A stretch of DNA of 63,973 nucleotides, filler included, from Choristocarpus tenellus KU-1152 (lineage: Eukaryota > Protista > Phaeophyceae): assembly GCA_964200185.2 (NCBI GenBank). It is 7 parts of 7 records of this genome, joined end to end, with 100 filler letters (N's around TTAATTAATTAA, not from the genome) between each part and the next. Parts side by side here need not be neighbours in the genome. Positions count along the whole stretch, not along the records: positions 1 to 5,771 come from CAXNAD020009792.1; positions 5,872 to 24,042 come from CAXNAD020000575.1; 5 more parts are not named here. One strand, given 5' to 3'. Each line of letters begins with the position of its first letter. Within the stretch, counting starts at the first letter, position 1. A program made the position numbers and the translations under genes. Under the pieces are notes generated by a model. The model worked only from the letters and a program-made list of their open reading frames with translations. It was not told where the DNA came from and made no database searches. This document shows positions 1 to 14,400 of this stretch, piece after piece.

Positions 1-435
1 TGACTTGATCGACTCTGCACTGGTGGTCCTCCATGGTCATGGTAGCCCACAATCTCAAACTTTGCACACCTCCCAATCTATATGAGAACTAAGCCTTGTC
101 CAGAAGGTTTATCGTGTGGGTTATTCCCAGGTGAGAACAAAGCTTGCAATAGTTATGTGACAATTTGCTCCGAATGGATAATGTACAACTTTTCGTTTTT
201 TGCCATTTTTGATTTTTTAAAACTGCATGTTTTCTCTTTTTCATTGTTTTTTTCCTCTTTTTTCCTCATTTTTTCATTTAGTTTGTTCCCCTTCCTGATT
301 TTCCTTTTGAAGATATGTTTTGCCAACCACTTCATTTCTACATATCTTTTGTGCTACCTTCCTCACCACCAAAAGTGTCTACTGATCACACGAAAAAACA
401 AATAAAATATAGTAGTAGTGGTAATATAAAGGCTG

Positions 436-997
436 TACAATTATAAGAGAGGTCGATATGAGAGAAAACGGGATATAAGAGAGGGTAAATTGCCTGGTCA
501 CCACTTTTGAGACTATAAGAGATGTTTCAGCGTTTTCCTCCCAATTCTCTATTATATTGAGCAGACTCGCATTTTTTTCACTACTTGACCGAGGGGTTTC
601 CCAAAAAACGTCCTTTCTAAAGTTAACCAAAATATAATAAAGTAAGTCACAAAGCCGCTCCTCATCACCAGTACACAGCATAGCAGTCTTTTGCTGCACC
701 CCCACAGTTTCGTCGAAATGGGCTCACTTAGGGCGATGTTCAACACATATCTACATACATATGTAACTACTCTAGAAGGCACATGGGAAGGACATACAGC
801 AAGGGTGTCGCTCTGTCGTCGTTCTGGGACAAGTAGAAAATGTCTAGGAGTACTGTTGCTCGATATAACATAGGTTTCTGTTATCACAGTCCCTTGGTTT
901 AAGAGAAAAAAGCTCTTATATAAAATAAGGGAGGATCGGGATATAAGAGAGGATACTTTTTGGTTGCCCCTACCCTCTCTTATATAGTTACCTCTGT
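436..997. mobile_element. Possible degenerate non-autonomous DNA transposon (Tc1/pogo-like MITE)
   Basis: Motif ATAAGAGA(G) recurs at ~442, 475, 515 and 943, with near-inverse copies (CTCTTATA) at ~913 and 977. Boundaries approximate. Confidence 0.3.
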
Positions 998-3448
998 CCA
1001 GTTAGCAATCTTGATGGATCGTCATCAAATCGCTATCAAGTATTTTGAAAACATATGTAATACATTCCCTCCTCATTGCTACTCATAACAAATTGAGCAT
1101 GCTATGTACTGTGAATGGATGAATATATATATATATATATATTGCTTACAAAATGAACCCCTCTTTCCTGTGAACAAATTGTTGTTCTTCAATGGCAAGA
1201 GTTTTCTATTGTTGTCAACAAAGAGTGAGATATCTTGGTAAAATGCCTTCTGACAAAATAGTACATATGATATATTCACAATTTACACTAGGGTTTTATC
1301 TCACCTTACTTTGCTGGGGTATCCCGTTGCCTCATTTTGGCAAGACACCGTATATCAAAGGTCAGTTTTGGTGGGTGGCACTTCCAAAAACGCAAAAAAA
1401 TATCCAGGGTTAAGCTTCTTCCTCAGAGAGGCAAATGCTAGATGGTTCGTCATAGTCTGCAAGAAGAGAATGGCATGGATAATAGAGAGGGAAAGAGAGA
1501 GAGGAATCCTCAATTCAGTGATACAATGACCACCAAGAAGAGAGATGCACGGATAAGAACAAGGTAGGTGTCAAACATCTTTCATCAATAGATAAACCAA
1601 TTTACACCTTAGTGTTCCTGCTGGTTTCTCAAACATGATGCTTGGCCTGCTGTTGTTGTTGTGTATCCAGGTTTGGAGCTGTTTTATCCATGGAGACTAG
1701 CTTGATGTTATCCTAGCATTATATTTTTTGATTTGGTTGATAATGAATTAATGAGAGGATGGTGAGAGGATGGAGTGGAACAAATAGATGTTGTATACCT
1801 ATCTGTAGTGGAGGGAAGATGTTTAGGTGACACCATTGACTGTTTGAATACGGATGGGACAGGTTTATGCTGAGGTTGGAAACATCAGCCAAGCAGAGTA
1901 AAGTATGTGAGAATCAATCAATACAAAAAATACAACTCAATTCCATCCAATAGGATGATCAAGTCGTGTAAATGTGAACCTTTGCTGACTCATCAAGTGA
2001 AAATAACAGCATCGCACCATCAGGAACAGTTACATTATCACTTGCCCACACGGATAAATCTTGAACACCAGGGTCCTAAATGGTTCAGTTGTAATGAAAC
2101 TTGGGACTGTTAGTATATTAAAACTAACCACCTGATTTACGCTTTAGAATATCTCACACCATCAACACAACAATCCATTACCTATCTGGTGAGCAACAGT
2201 GAGGCTAGGTCTCGTTCCATCCAAGCACGTCAGTACAACCAGCAATGGACGATGCCTGTATGGACAACCAATATCTTAGATTCAAGTCGAAGAGTAATAG
2301 AGACCCGAGATACGAAGATGTGGACGCCTCTCTCCTGGTCATTACCTTCTGCTTCGACTTGGAGTTTTCAAACTCACTCAAGTTTCGGGGGTACGGAACA
2401 AAGGAAACTCGGATGAGTTGAACAAGGCGTCCAACTCCGAACTGATCTCTGTGTCTAGCAATAGAGGCGAGGGGGGAGTGCATCTAGGTCTTTCGATGAA
2501 ACCCTACCACCGAATATATTTTTGATAGATTTTTGTGTTCTCTAGACGCTCTACCCACCTCAATTGTTTGTTGGAGCTACCAATGCGTACCCCTCTTCGT
2601 CGTTACTTGAAATTAAGTGATCCATGGTTGGGTTTCTACGAATCCTGTACCACTATTACGTGATCTCACCGCATCCTCCAAGACCTACATGCTGTAGTCA
2701 AATTCCCCAACCCCGTGTTCAAATATGTGATTTGGATCAGAACTTTATAAACCATTAACCCCTTCACCATTAGTGTGTGACGTTTGAGCCAAGACCGAAA
2801 CCGACACAAGTGTTTTTGCTTTAGCGCGCAAGATGCGCGGGAAGAAATATATTTTTATGTGCTTGAAGTAGGAGATATGAGCGTATTCTATTAACAAGTG
2901 ATTCGCGATACCGTGCGTCCAAGAATGGAGACAGACGCCTTGCACGGCGACGCATTCCTTTCAAATTTTAGTTGGATAACTCTTCATGTTTGTATATACC
3001 TGAAACATGGACAGTCCTGTATCCGAAGCTGTGAGGAGAACGAATGCATGGATCTATCTACTCCTGTAATGGATGAGCCACAGCATTGGATTCAGGAAGC
3101 TCTGATATAGTCCATAAATGAAATTGGTGCGGTGAAAAGGATGTAGAAAGGTCACCACCAATCTCGGTGTCGAAGTTCAAGCAAGAATTTCTGTGAAGGC
3201 GTCACGTTGAGTCACATTGAACAGGACGCAAATGGAAACGTACACAGCTCAGTTGCACTTAACTGAAGATGGAGGAGGACGAAACCATACTGCGATTAAT
3301 AGTTGCAGTATTTTAGTGCATTGAAGTTCGTTCAAGTCATGTCCAGTTCGAATATATAATCCATGTTGCAGAAATTCCCATACACATCCGTTATCCCTAA
3401 CAATCTATCAACTCTTCGTTTACCGCAACCGATAGAGATTAAAGAGGA

Positions 3449-3482
<34 letters not shown>

Positions 3483-5695
3483 TGCATAGTGGATATCCGG
3501 TTGTTCTTCTCTCTGACCCAAGACTATTGGTGTTCAGTATCAACTCTACCACCTACCCAAGATGCCTCATTCGGACTCCAGGGTATGGACGCCCAAGCCT
3601 CAGAGGTCGTGGAGGTCATGAAGGAGCTTCGAAGGAGATGGTGAATGTCAAGCATCCACCCCTAAGGATACAATTAGGTGAACTGTGGTGGGGATGGATG
3701 TGCCGGAAGCCTCGATACTCTGACCTGGATATTACTCCTACCATGAGGACGTAAGTGCGGCTGTACTGAGCTGTCCCTTGGGCACCCACGTGTAGCCGGT
3801 AGGCACGCCTTGATCATTCGTCATAAGCCACGGAAAAGCAGCACTTTACAAAATGCGGTATGGCGGCCAGCCGGGATTTACAGGTGAGGAAGCACACTCC
3901 AATCTTGCGTTCGAGTCTATAGTGACTGGAATCCTTGAGTGTGCAACCTAGTTCACAGAGTACGAAGCAAAACGACCCATGCGCTGTCAGCTAAGTGACA
4001 GCCAAATGGTGAACCTATCCGATCAACACTATGCCAACTCAATGAAATTTCCTTGAAATGGTTCAGTGCAGACAAGGTGTTGTAAGACCCCATCCAATCA
4101 ACACTACGCCGAATCGATATATTTTCGCTGCAATGCTTCATTGCAGAAAAGCTGTTGGAGAGCAGTCAGAATCGTTCACTTGTCTGCATTGGAGTGTTGC
4201 AGTCGAAATTTTATCCAGTTAATATAGTGTTGGTTTGATTGGATTGGGTACCTACCATGCAGGAGGTGAATTGCTTTGTCTTCTGTGGACCAGGTTGCAT
4301 GTTTTAGGATACCAGTGACCTTACACTTGAATGTGAGGTTGGAGCATGCCTTGCAGACTTTCCAATCTTTTGTGGCCACACCTGCACATCTTTGTCTCCC
4401 ACTTGCTCTTAGTCCTCTACGATATGAATAGGACTGCCTTCCTTCCTAACCAACTGTACCTTAGTATCCAATTTACTTGCTGATGATGTTACTTCTTCTG
4501 GCCTGACTGCAGTCACTCTTCCCTTGACAAGCACACTTTCTCTTTCAACAAGGGACAGTTAGGTTGCGACACCCCAGACAGAAATGTTTGCATGTGTATG
4601 TAATATATATTTCTCAGTTTTTGGTACTGTTCCTGGCTGTTCAGAGTTAGGGTTAGGGTTAGGCTAGACAGTTGTTTGGTTGGCCTAGGGATTCTAAGGT
4701 TGTGATTAGAATGACAATCGTGCAGAGATGTTGAAGGTAAGAGTTTTGTAAGATTATGGAGGCATTGAGAGAGGCGTTGTGCTTGCTTGTGCTCCTTGTA
4801 TTGATGGAAGATGGGGTAGCTAGGGTTAGGGTTTGTTTTCATTTTTTTCTGAGATGGACATATAATATACTGAGTTGTACATCTCATTGGCTCTTAGTGT
4901 TGTCTACTATTTTATTTTAATACCAACACTATAGCGTGATTTTTGTGATTGCTTTGAAGAAAGTTGACCTCATATACATTGTACTAATGGGTTCATTTTC
5001 CAGATACTCACCTTCCCATAGTTTCATTTATTTATTTATTGTTGTGTCCTTCAACTTGGAAATGTAATCCTATTAGAGATGCGGAAATGGGAACATGGTG
5101 AGTGCACTTGGTGTTGATATGTCTGTATTTTATAGTTGGTACCTATGAAATTGTTGCAGGAACAAAGTGTGAACCACTCTAGCATTCTGTTGCAAGCTCC
5201 ACTTGAATGGAATATTGCAAGCAGGCCCTGGTGAGTTTTGAGATGACAGTGAGAGTGGCTGTGAGCTCATGGAAGAATCTTCTTTCCCAGCAGAAGCGAC
5301 TGGTGGAGTAGTATTGCTGTGAATTGGCTTCCCAGTCACAACCAAGATGTATTTGTTGGTCATTGCTCTGTGCATTGACACCCAGACACACCTCACACTT
5401 CACACTGCCACACATGCAGAACATCATGCAGTAACATCCTAAAAAACTGGGATTAGGGTTGGATTAAAGGTATTGGTAGTTGCATTAACTCTTTGTAGGG
5501 TTAGGGTTCCACAATGTGTTGGGTCACTGTTTCCAAACTATATCAGAGATGAGGAAACCTTCATCAAATTTGGGGGGGTTGATGGGTCCATGTGATCAAT
5601 AGGGTACATCCCTGATGGTGTAAGGTCACACCCAACACACTGTCCACAGTTTCTTTCATGATCATGTCATACTGCCTAGTAAGTCTTAATCCTAT

Positions 5696-5771
5696 GGGTC
5701 AAAGTATCTGGGGGGTGGGGGGTGGTTTGTGAGTGGGCGTCCGTTTCGGTCAAATGACTTTTTTTTTTGCT
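5696..5771. mobile_element. MITE terminus (GGGTCAAAGTATCT family) truncated at contig end
   Basis: GGGTCAAAGTATCTGGGGGG matches the TIR of the complete copy at 24187-24370. Confidence 0.65.
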
Positions 5772-5871
5772 NNNNNNNNNNNNNNNNNNNNNNNNNNNNN
5801 NNNNNNNNNNNNNNNTTAATTAATTAANNNNNNNNNNNNNNNNNNNNNNNNNNNNNNNNNNNNNNNNNNNN
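5772..5871. other. Artificial contig spacer
   Basis: 44 N + TTAATTAATTAA (stops in all six frames) + 44 N. Confidence 0.98.
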
Positions 5872-6317
5872 GCAGTGGGAGTGGGGGTGGGGGTGGGTTG
5901 AGGGTGTGGCTAATAGGATTGGTTGGATAGAAGGAGAATTCATGGTTGGGAAGAGGGGGTGGGGTGGGAGGGAACTGTGTCATGTGGTTGTTGAGTAGTT
6001 ATGTGCAGTATAGTATTGTTGTGCCTGCAACAGAGTGAGATATACTGTACATTCTAAACACTTGAAATTGTTCACCATTAGGGTTATGGTCATGGCACAA
6101 CTCTGGTATACCAAGTTCGTAGCACTCTAGACCTCTATGCCTGCTTTCTATATGCTCTGTAACAAATTTTGAAAATATGTAAGCGCTGTGGAAATGGTTC
6201 TTATTTCCATCTTCTGATTCCCCTCCCCCCCCCCCCTACACACACCCTACACACACCCTCTCCCTACCATTACACTCCCCTCACTCCTTTGAATACAACT
6301 TTGAAACAAATATACAG

Positions 6318-8880
6318 CACATGGACGCAATAGTGGTGGACACACAGAAGTGTGGCTTTGAGTGCATCGCCTACATGCGAGAGCAGCGTATTGGCAGGAC
6401 CAGCTTTATCCCGCTTGATACCATCAAGGTCAAGCCTCTGAATGAGCGACTGCGATCCCTGGGTCACAAGTGAGACCTCACTATTACGATCTCCTTTCAA
6501 AAAGATTCCCCCCTTCCCACCCACCCTCTGCTTCCACCCCCTCCCTCTAACCCTACATAGTATTTCAGAGCATCCGTTATGCTGCTTGAGTAAATGCCCA
6601 CGTACCCTCTTGGATTGAAAACCTGAGGGGTAGCATTGAAAAAATTTATAATTTGTTCATATTCGTTTGCCCCTCATAACTTGTTGCCCATAATCACTTT
6701 ATTTTCTTTCTCCAGAGAACCAAAGGTTCTTGTGTCGTAGGACTCTGGTCAGTCAACTTTTCCAAGTTGAAAAGGTGGGTGAGGAAAATCTTGAAAACAT
6801 TCAGAAAAGAATCCCTCATACTTCCCCCCTCTGCCTCACTGTCTTCTGCCTTCCCACTTGCATAGACTTACACCCCCCTACATGATGCATAAGTGTTTAA
6901 CACCCTTCTCCCCCTCACCCCCATCTTTCCCTGCTGACACAGGCACCGTTTATGCGCTGACATAATTGAGGGGGGTGATGATAGCATCCGCAGGGCCATA
7001 ATGTATGCTGTGGGGAACACTGTTGTATGTGACACACTTGATGATGCCCGGGCCCTTTGCTATGGGCAGGGCGAGAGGGTGAGCAGTGGTAACAAGAGCA
7101 AATTTACTTGAACAGAAAAAATATTTTTTACATAGTTCTTTTTCCTGTGGATGTCTATGCTTTCATTTTCAATCATCCCTTTCTGTTCACATCCCCAACT
7201 TGTAGATTATACGTGTTACTTTGTGTCACTTCCATCCTGTTTGTTTGTGTGTGTCTGTTTGTGTGTGTGATGCAACCCACCTTCTCCCCCCCCCTTTACA
7301 AAGCATTATATTTTTGTTGGCTTGGGAAGGTTGTTGCTGGCTTCGTTGTTTTCTGAAAGGCAAGGCGTTGGGTAGTAGGTCTTGTCTTGTTTTTTACCTC
7401 AAGCTGTCCTCGTGGTCCAAGAAATTTTACAATATGAAGTCATTTTTGTCCATTGAACTTTAGCAATTTCAGGCTTAGCAGAAGGGGCTCTACCTGCCTG
7501 GTCGCAGTGGGCATCCTGATTTGTTTCCTTCCTCAGATCCTCTCTCACAAGCAAGAAAGCCCCCTTCAGTACTCCCTGTACCTTCCCTTGTCTCCCTTGT
7601 GATACATTCCTTGCTTCTTGGAGAGAGAGAGAGAGAGAGATTCACCACAGAGATAACATCCACAGAGAAGAAAATTAATGTACTCTACTTTGCCCCTGTT
7701 TGGTCTAGATGGCTGCAGCCTCAGCCCTACCTCCTCACCCAGATCTCTGTTCCTAATTTTACCCATACTAGAGTGCAACACTCACCTCTTCTTCCTTATC
7801 ATCTTACATTGAATCATGTTTGAACTTATCCTTGAAAAGGTTTTTGATTGCAGCAACGTTTTGTCCCTTGGGAATGCCTTCCACCCTTCTGCTCCTCACA
7901 CCCTGTACATGGTCCTTGGTACCCCCTGTCCCCTACTCATTATCAACCTCCTCACCTCCACTCCTCACAATACTTGATCATCTATATGCTCATTTGACTT
8001 ATGGTTTGAAAATATGAAACCCTGCCCTTTTTTCAGATCAAGGCAGTGACCCTTGGAGGAGCAATGATAAGCAAGGCAGGTAATATCACAGGTGGAAACA
8101 CAGCTGGTGACCTGGACCGTGCCGGCCGCTGGGATGAAAAGGCGTTTGCAGAGCTCAAGGCGCGCAGGCAGGTGCTGGAGGCAGAGAGGGAGAACTTGTC
8201 CAGGGAGCACCGCAATCGATCTCTTCAGGTCAGTTGGGTTTTATGGGGGGAAGGGAGGTGTGGGAATCTTAGAGAAGGGGGTAAATGTGATGTTTGTTGT
8301 GATTGTCTGTGTATGTGTGTTTGTGTTTTGAGAATCAGGTGGGAGAAGTAGAGGCATGCCCTTACATTTTATAGGCAGTGCCATTGTTTCTTTACTGGAA
8401 CCCTCCTCCTTCTCCCACATGAAATGCGCCATTATCTATTGAGACAATACTGGGTGTTCCAAGGGCCATTGTCTTTGCTCCATGTTTCCAAAGGCCAGTC
8501 TTGTCTTTGAACCCTTTCCTGCCAGAGCTACAGGGATTCTGCCTTGTGAAACCATCTTCAGGTTGTGGTGTGAGGTGTCCTTTAGTATGTTTCTTTCCCC
8601 TAACAATAACACTTGTGTGTAAACCACTTGCTCTCCTCATGGTTAAATGGTGCAATCCTGCGACAGACAGAATTGAAGACTAAGGTACAGGGGCTTAAGA
8701 ACAAGGTGCAGTACAGTTCTGCAGACCTGGAGCTCACACAGTCCAGGCTTCGAGAGATAGCCAAGCACACCGAGGGGGCGTCTAGTCAGCTGCAAGAGGT
8801 GATTTTTGGCAGTCTGGGGTAGTCTTTTAACACATCCTGTTGGATAGAAGAGCTTGGAAGAGGCACATTTCTTTCTTGAT

Positions 8881-8922
<42 letters not shown>

Positions 8923-11399
8923 CCCTAGACAGTCCAGTCGTGCACCAAATTGCTTTGGACAAGATCTCTATGTTAACTGCTTTGTTTTTTATTTTATTTT
9001 GAAAGGTAAAACCCTACTTACCCAACCCTGTTGATGATTTCCTGAGTGCGCTATTGCAACTACATTTAAGATTTCATTTGAATCGATTTTTTGGATGAGG
9101 CCAGATATTGAATGATAGCTCACTTAGTATGATGAACCCCTCAGTTGACGTAAGCATCAACTTAACTGTTGAAAAGTTATTGCATGCTATACGAACAATT
9201 GCGTACACGCTAGAAATGAGAAAAAAAAAGGGATAGAGGGATTGTGCTCATACACGAGGATATATTGTGTGCTATTCATGTTTCTTCTTCCTGTCTGTTG
9301 ACGGCAGGTACGCAAGAGTCTTGGCAATGAGGAGGAAGGTATTAACTCTATGGAGACTGAGTTATCATCGCTGCAGGAGCGGGTTGACTCCATTGAGAAC
9401 GAGGTACAGTACTCAACTCAGGCAACTTTGTACCAAGTACCAGTTCAGTACACCAGACCTTACAACAGCAGGCTGTGACTTGAACCACAAATTGTTTTAA
9501 GGGTTTCAGTGCATTGGAAGAGGCATGGTGCCTGTACCTCCTGCGAAGTAGGCAAGCATGCATTGGGAAAGAGAAACACTCAAATCAATTGGACTGTTGG
9601 AGGCTGAGAAGGGGAAGGAGTGGGGGGGGTAGGGGAGGGGATTATTTTTCTGATAAAGGGCATCAGTAAGGGCAGACCTGGTAGGAAGCCCAAGTGGTGA
9701 TACAACAACTAGCTCTTGTTAGTATCCACATTTTTTTGGTGGATCACACCTCTCACTCCCAAATGTGCATACTACGTATTCCAGTGCAGTGCACACGTCT
9801 ATGTGAAAAGAAGTTGATAAGGGTAATTGCAGGGCAGGTGCTTCCTATTTTCTGATTTTGGAATGCGGGCTATACTACTTGTACTCTTAGAATCTATTTG
9901 GTGTAATGGTTACTTGTTGTACTGTGCTGATGGTAGCCCTAGATCTCATTTTTCATTAATGTTTTTTTTTTTGAACAAGTTTTGGCATCATCCTGCACTA
10001 TTATTTTTTGTGTTGGAAAGTTCTTTACAAGTAGCAGTGCATTGCTCACCTGCGTTCTACTATCAACAGTCTCCATTGCAATACTACCACTATTCTGTTT
10101 GTGCCACATATTTAACCAATTTTCTGTAGCTCAATTGCTAATCTATGGTTGTGCACAGTCTGTAATTGCCTCTCTCATAAAGAATATTATTCTGCAGTAG
10201 GACCCCCTTTTGGCTTGCACAACATTTGTTATTTGAGTGTGAAATGGCCATGGCTGCAACCCTCTCGGCAGTTGCTTACCCATAACCATACACACACACA
10301 TCTGTACCACATCTGAACTACTCCTTTTTAAGGTGTTTGCTCCCTTCCTGGCAAGTGTCGGAGCAAGCGACATCCGTGCCTTTGAAGAGGGCCAGCTCAA
10401 GGACATGCAGGGTCACAACCAACGCCGCATGAAGCTGAGGGAGCACCGAGCCAAGCTAGAGGTTTGTCAGACCCCCCCCATTCCCAGGCCTGCCAATACC
10501 TCCCAAACAACTTCACTTTCACGAAAGTGTTCACCCCCCCTCTCCCACCTTGCATCAACATGCCCCTACCCTCACCCCAGCCCTTCCCCAACTTCTAACC
10601 CCTAACCCTAACCCAAATCTCCCCCAGTTCTGTCACCATGCTAACATTCATGAAATGTAGTGAAAAGTCTTAAGTTTCACTCCCTATTCTCATTAAGTTT
10701 CCAGTGAAGTTTTCTTTTTTAATGGCCGCACACCATTATGTATCTGCATGTGACCTTGTGCTGAATATTGCCAGCTCTTTCCAAGTGACAAACAAGAAAA
10801 TTGAACATTCACGATCACTTCTAGCTGCTGTAGCATGTGTGGAATGTAGTAGTCCTAGTTAAGTCGAAACTTGAACTCTTTTAAACAATTGTTTGCTTAT
10901 GTCTATCTTTTGTCTGCGACTCTTTGTATTCCTATGTTGGTGGTGGGGGGATGGGGGGTGATATTTGGTGCCCATTGAGCATGGATAACCAGGCACAACT
11001 GGAGTATGAGCGCAGTCGCAACTTTGAAGGGCCTTTGGAAAAGTTGACAGGGAAGGTAGCCTCTCGAAGGAAGGAGTTGCAGGATCTAACCAAGCAGCAA
11101 AAGGGACTTGTAGCACAGGAAAAGGTGAGTGTGCTCTTCAATGCATGCCTGAATAAACACATGTTCTTCAAAGTACTAATGGTTGTGAATATATGTTGGT
11201 GGATGTGTGGCCATTTTTTTTGTCTACAATTGTGCTTATTATATGTTTTAGATAGGAAGGCAGAATGTATTATTTATTGAGTCAGCATTGTTAAAGCAAA
11301 ACCCATTTCTACTTTTGAGCTCATTGATATTCTCATTCTTCCCAAACACTGCAATACTGTGTTACGGGTATTTAGAATAACTAATTGTTACTACTATTT

Positions 11400-11442
<43 letters not shown>

Positions 11443-14400
11443 CATTGAGCCAAAATATCCAAGAGGGGAGTGCCACTGAGTTTTCAAGGCCCCTCTGACT
11501 CTTTGGTGGCGAATACTTTTGGAGCGCAAGGTCCACAATTGTGGAGTGCATATTGACTATTTGTGTGTGCAATCAATTGCAGAAGCAAGCTATCCTTATT
11601 ATTGCCCTATATTACTGTATTCGTCTTCTTTGATTAATGTTGAAAACCTCGCAAAACTCAATATGGTCAAGACGCCCTTCCCCTCTCTCAACAGTTACCT
11701 AGGCTTATTGTAGTAGGACTGTCGAGTACATCCAACATGTAATTTTTGTCACCACTTGAGTTGTACACATGCCACCTTTATTGTGTTTTACACTCTCCCG
11801 GTCTCTCACTCTCTCTTCCTCCAATGCCACCCCCACTCCTTGCCCCACCCTAATAGCTTGATCATCCATTGGTCATGTACACAGACATACCCAGTTGAAA
11901 ACCAAGTCATATCAACCTAACGCAACCATGGTTACCATTGTTTTTTTTACCTTTGATGTCATTGTTGGTCCCTTTTTTGTTATATCTATTCTTTGTGACT
12001 GTGATCGTCGAAAACAAAATACATATAATGTATGGAAAGGCTCTGATGGAGGCAGGAGACCAAGCGGAACGAATTCATAGTGAAGCAAAGGATGCCTCCC
12101 GTGCCAAGGAAACTGAGGTAAAGTTTGCCCAGAGCAACCGGAGTCGCCTGACCAAGGTGAGAGTGGTGTCATCTTAAAGGAGGGTGTCACTGAGTTTTCA
12201 GGTTCCATATGGCCTCCTTTTTGGTACATGTGTTTTTGATCACTGTGGAAGGTACTTTAAGCAAACATTGTGTTACATATCATTGCTAATCTTCTTCTAC
12301 AGCCACAATCTCCTAAGGGGGTCAACTATTTCACGGCATGGGCATGGTGAATATATTATACAAGGTTTGAAGAGACCTTAAGACTTGGAGTAGCCAAAGT
12401 CGACCCCCCTTTAGATGGTTTCACTCTGAGCCTGGGGATACATTGATGTCTACATTTCTGTGCCTGCTTCAATTAGTCTTGGAAGAAATAGTGAGTACTG
12501 AGTAATTACTACCATCATATTACGTGGTAGAGTTGTGAGGTGAATTTTTTAGTAGTAATCAGACGTTCAAGTGCTTTTTGTGAAAATACAACTGGCTTTG
12601 TATAGTTTCGAAGGCAGTTGAATCAAGAAAGGCCTGAACTATTGTTGGGTTGGATTTGAAACATAATTGGCACTGTACAGTGGTACTCTGCGATGGTAGT
12701 AAAGAGAGCTCTGTAGCATTGTGTTTGTGACCTTCTTGTGATAGAGCATTATGTTCCCCTTCACAACACCAAAAGATTGCTCAATCTTGCTACTTGTGGA
12801 AAACTTAAGAGTTCCTGTTACACACGAAGCATTTTTTTTAGACTAATAGTATGGTCCATACAGTGCCAGATATAAGAGGACAAGGTTTATATTTTTGAAT
12901 TAACGTTTTTAATGCATTCACACTCAATTAATCAATTCAAGAAGAGCACTTATTCCTCCCCCACCATTCCCTCTTACAATGGCATAGTCACATCCATTTC
13001 GCTAATGGAATTTCAAATTTAATGTACCGCATCCTCGGGCTTCATTTCTCATTTGTGCCAACATACTGCTGTTGTGTGCATAATTTGTATATAATACGTG
13101 GGGGGGGGCTGTAGGAGCGCAGTGGGGTGGGAAAGCGTATCCTTGCTGAGGAGACTACCCTCGAGCAACTCCGAGCCAAGCTCCATGATGTCCTTCAGAG
13201 GGCCCGGGTGGAGGAGGTTACTCTGCCTGTGGTTGGTGGCGATGGTGATGGTGGCAATAGTGCTGGGGAGGGGGGAAGGAAGAGAGGGAGGGGGGGGGCA
13301 GAGGCTGATGAGAATGATGAGGATGGAGAAGGGGAACAAAGCCAGGGTGGAAGTGTTGCGAACTCAGCTGCGAGTGAGGTGAATCGGGGTTGGGTTGGGT
13401 TTGTATTGTTGTATTTTTGTAATGTACTTAACTTTTGGGGGGATTGTGGTTGGCTTTTGTCGTTGTCTCATTTACTATCGTTAATGTATTATACTAGGTG
13501 ATATGCACTGCTTGGGGTGAAAGGCCAAGGGTGGTTGATTGGTTGATGGGAGAGTACAAAGCCTGTCTAGGGAAGTGGAGATTAGATCACCTTGCTCTTG
13601 ACATGATCCAGTCACGTTTCACACATGCTGTTTGTTTCTTCTGTTTTTGCCTATAGTGGAAGAGGTCTTTTCTCAAAGGATGTATTTTTCTACTGAAACT
13701 CGGAATTTTCCGCTCACTCAAATCATTCCCATCTACCCTCACTTAACAGATTTAAACTCTTTTGCTATACACTCATACTTCCATACTCAAGAGTACATGT
13801 TATTTTTCTTACATTCCCAGATTCACCTTGTTTTTGCTCAGCACTGTGTGTGCCAGCAGCACTTCTCGTTCTATTAGCACTCTTCTCATGAACGCAAAAA
13901 ATATTCTCTACTATAGACCTTGAATTACCGCTTCATTTCCACTACCAAACCCTGTTCTCCTCGTGTACTGTAGTTGTCTGCCCCGTAACCATCGTTGAAC
14001 TTTTAAAAAACCCTCTTTAGCTTCTATCACAATGGGAGTTTATTAATCAAGTCTGAACCCACCCACCTCTGCCCTATGCTCAGTCGTACTTTTTCCGTGT
14101 CTGTGCCATTCTCCATAATGCTTTCGACTCCTCAACAACACCTCACCGCTACTGCACTTTTTTTGCATTTTTGCAAATGTAGCCATCGGGCATGGATGTG
14201 GAAACACCTTCCTCTTCGAGAGACAATTCCTCATCCCAGGTGTCGAGCACATTGAATTTTAGTCAAGGGGACAGCAGAGCTATGCAAGAAGACCGTGCAG
14301 CTGCTCTCAAGGTAACCAAGGGATATAGGGGGGTTGATGTACCTACTAATATAAAAAAAATGTTAGTAATATATATTACATACTTTAAAGTATTTTTTAT

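Noticed and set aside
2180-5430. Several 60-120 aa ORFs that could be genes or retroelement parts
   Set aside because: No recognisable motifs and no consistent exon chain; cannot be classified without a search.
1-5771. Missing 5' exons of SMC1
   Set aside because: No SMC1 Walker A, coiled-coil or pre-hinge sequence recognised; this contig is separated by a linker and looks like decayed repeats.
5772-5871. TTAATTAATTAA palindrome repeated six times within N runs
   Set aside because: Identical 100-bp construct each time; an assembly or concatenation linker, not biology.
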